Under the pieces are notes generated by a model. The model searched no databases, had not been told where the DNA came from, and saw only the letters and a program-made list of their open reading frames with translations. The translations under genes and the position numbers were made by a program. From Azolla caroliniana (Eukaryota > Plantae > Polypodiophyta), in assembly GCA_043228905.1 (NCBI GenBank), contig JBHGNT010001382.1, positions 1 through 9,179 on the forward strand: a DNA stretch of 9,179 nucleotides, written 5' to 3'. Of this stretch, positions 8,181-9,179 are shown piece by piece (position 1 is the stretch's first letter; each line of letters opens with the position of its first letter).

Positions 8181-8281
8181 AATATTCGTGGGATTCACGA
8201 ATATTGCCATCTAAATTACTCTTATAATCTAAATATTGTTTTAAATACACTAAACTCGTGGGATTCACGAGATTGCTATCT
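8181..8281. repeat. Duplicated palindrome TCGTG-GGATT-CACGA (period 70)
   Basis: AATATTCGTG-GGATT-CACGAATATT (8181-8205) and CTCGTG-GGATT-CACGAG (8255-8271), both followed by ATTGCYATCT. Confidence 0.88.
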
Positions 8282-8427
8282 TACTTCTCTTTCTACTATT
8301 CATAACTAGCGTTAAGTTGTATTCCTCTTCCTCCTAGTCCAAAACCTCGGCGGTTCCCACCCGACTCACGCAAACGATCCGGAGCCGAAAGGCACAACAA
8401 CGCAGTGAAACCAATGTCATAAGTCTA

Positions 8428-9179
8428 CTAACCAAGTATATAAAAATAAAATTGAAACATATAGAAGATTATAAAGAATAGAATCCACCAAGTAAAACCA
8501 AAAATTTGTATTAATAATGTGAAATCCAAACAAATCATCAGTGTAGACGTCGTTCCTGTGAAGAAAGTAACAAGAAGAATTAGTTGTCAAACAAAAAAGA
8601 TTCGGTATTGGTTATCTCAAGATCGTTACCCTAGTTCGAGGAATACCTGTGCCAGAAAAGAGATCTAATATCCAGTCTCCTTCGATAGAAAACATCTCGA
8701 TCAAGCGCATCATATGTCGTTGAGGTTTTTGATATGGGTTGACAAGTCCCCGTTCTGTCGTGGTGACATGTCGCAATTTACGTGTCACTGCTGGATATAC
8801 CAACAGATTTGAACCTCCCACTTCATTAGAATGCTCCTTGATTCTTTGTTTCTTAATTTCATCGAAGTAGTCAACAGTGATGTATTCAATGGCATTAACG
8901 AACCGAAAAGTTGGCCCTCTATTTACATTGGTTTTTATCCTATAAAAAATAATATATCGAGTTAAGAATAGATTGAACAACCTTAAGAAATGCAATATAG
9001 TGAATGACACCTATAAATAATCCTTACCATGCAAGGTTCTCGATGCCATGGCAACGAGATCTCAAAGCTTGAGCTATCGAGTACCCTTGGTCCATACTAT
9101 GAAAGACAACTATTCGCCACAAGGATGCAATCATTAGCTCAGCGAAATCCTTGACCATCTTCTCCAACTGTTTAAACCT
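8428..9179 (-). CDS. Spliced gene (partial; 5' end outside the window) for a beta-class N4-cytosine/N6-adenine DNA methyltransferase (N6_N4_Mtase-like); exons 9179-9028, 8939-8647 and 8555-8428; C-terminus possibly truncated
   Basis: Spliced translation: RFKQLEKMVKDFAELMIASLWRIVVFHSMDQGYSIAQALRSRCHGIENLA-W-IKTNVNRGPTFRFVNAIEYITVDYFDEIKKQRIKEHSNEVGGSNLLVYPAVTRKLRHVTTTERGLVNPYQKPQRHMMRLIEMFSIEGDWILDLFSGT-G-TTSTLMICLDF... It matches the beta-class hallmarks WxKxN, ExI, (H/N)PxQKP..L..RLI..FS.EGD.ILD.F.GxGTT. Intron phases are consistent (exon 2 is 293 nt = 1 + 97 codons + 1). Confidence 0.82.
8556..8646 (-). other. GT-AG spliceosomal intron (91 nt, phase 1) splitting the SAM-binding motif FSGTG|TT
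   Basis: Donor ACAG|GTATTC, branch-like ACTAAT, pyrimidine tract, and acceptor TTCTTCACAG|GAACGACG. Splicing restores GTGTT. Confidence 0.8.
8940..9027 (-). other. GT-AG spliceosomal intron (88 nt, phase 2) splitting the Trp codon of WIKTN
   Basis: Donor GCATG|GTAAGG, branch-like CTTAAC, and acceptor TTTTTTATAG|GATAAAA. Splicing joins two stop-free frames and creates TGG. Confidence 0.82.

Noticed and set aside
8008-8268. 86-aa minus-strand ORF as a further MTase exon or partner gene
   Set aside because: It spans the palindromic repeat field, shows no MTase motif II/III similarity, and has no clear splice acceptor.
7855-8281. Palindromic repeats with spacers as a CRISPR-like array
   Set aside because: There are only 2-3 copies per motif, the motifs differ, the spacers are related or irregular, there are no cas genes, and the context is eukaryotic.
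2845-8550. 10-bp inverted match ACGTCTACAC (2845-2854) and GTGTAGACGT (8541-8550) as element termini
   Set aside because: A match this short is expected by chance in 9 kb, and there is no convincing target-site duplication or longer similarity.
8612-9010. The supplied 132-aa ORF as a complete single-exon gene
   Set aside because: Its N-terminus (MSFTILHF...) and C-terminus (IPRTRVTILR) are translated intron sequence; only 8939-8647 is exon.

Overview
AT-rich eukaryotic DNA, most likely from a land plant: it has GT-AG introns, a plant-type tRNA-Asp relic and Ty3/gypsy relics of kinds known from mosses (the organism is an inference). Left edge: the 5' end of a minus-strand gene (ATG at 254) for a membrane-anchored MpaB/DUF2236-family oxygenase-like protein. 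Upstream of it lie a perfect 286-bp tandem duplication and a 29-bp-stem hairpin. Middle: a decayed tRNA-Asp copy and nested LTR-retrotransposon relics. A plus-strand chromovirus-type integrase is cut at 5030 by a minus-strand element made of an RT fragment, an extra coiled-coil/acidic ORF, a PPT and a putative 3' LTR; that RT is itself cut at 6835. Right edge, and the most interesting feature: a spliced minus-strand gene for a bacterial-type beta-class amino (N4-C/N6-A) DNA methyltransferase. Two introns restore the WIKTN and FSGTGTT motifs, which the ORF track shows only partly. Directly downstream of it is a cluster of repeated palindromes and a CACTA-like terminus, which suggests the methyltransferase may be transposon cargo. 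No database searches could be run; family calls rest on motif recognition and hand translation.
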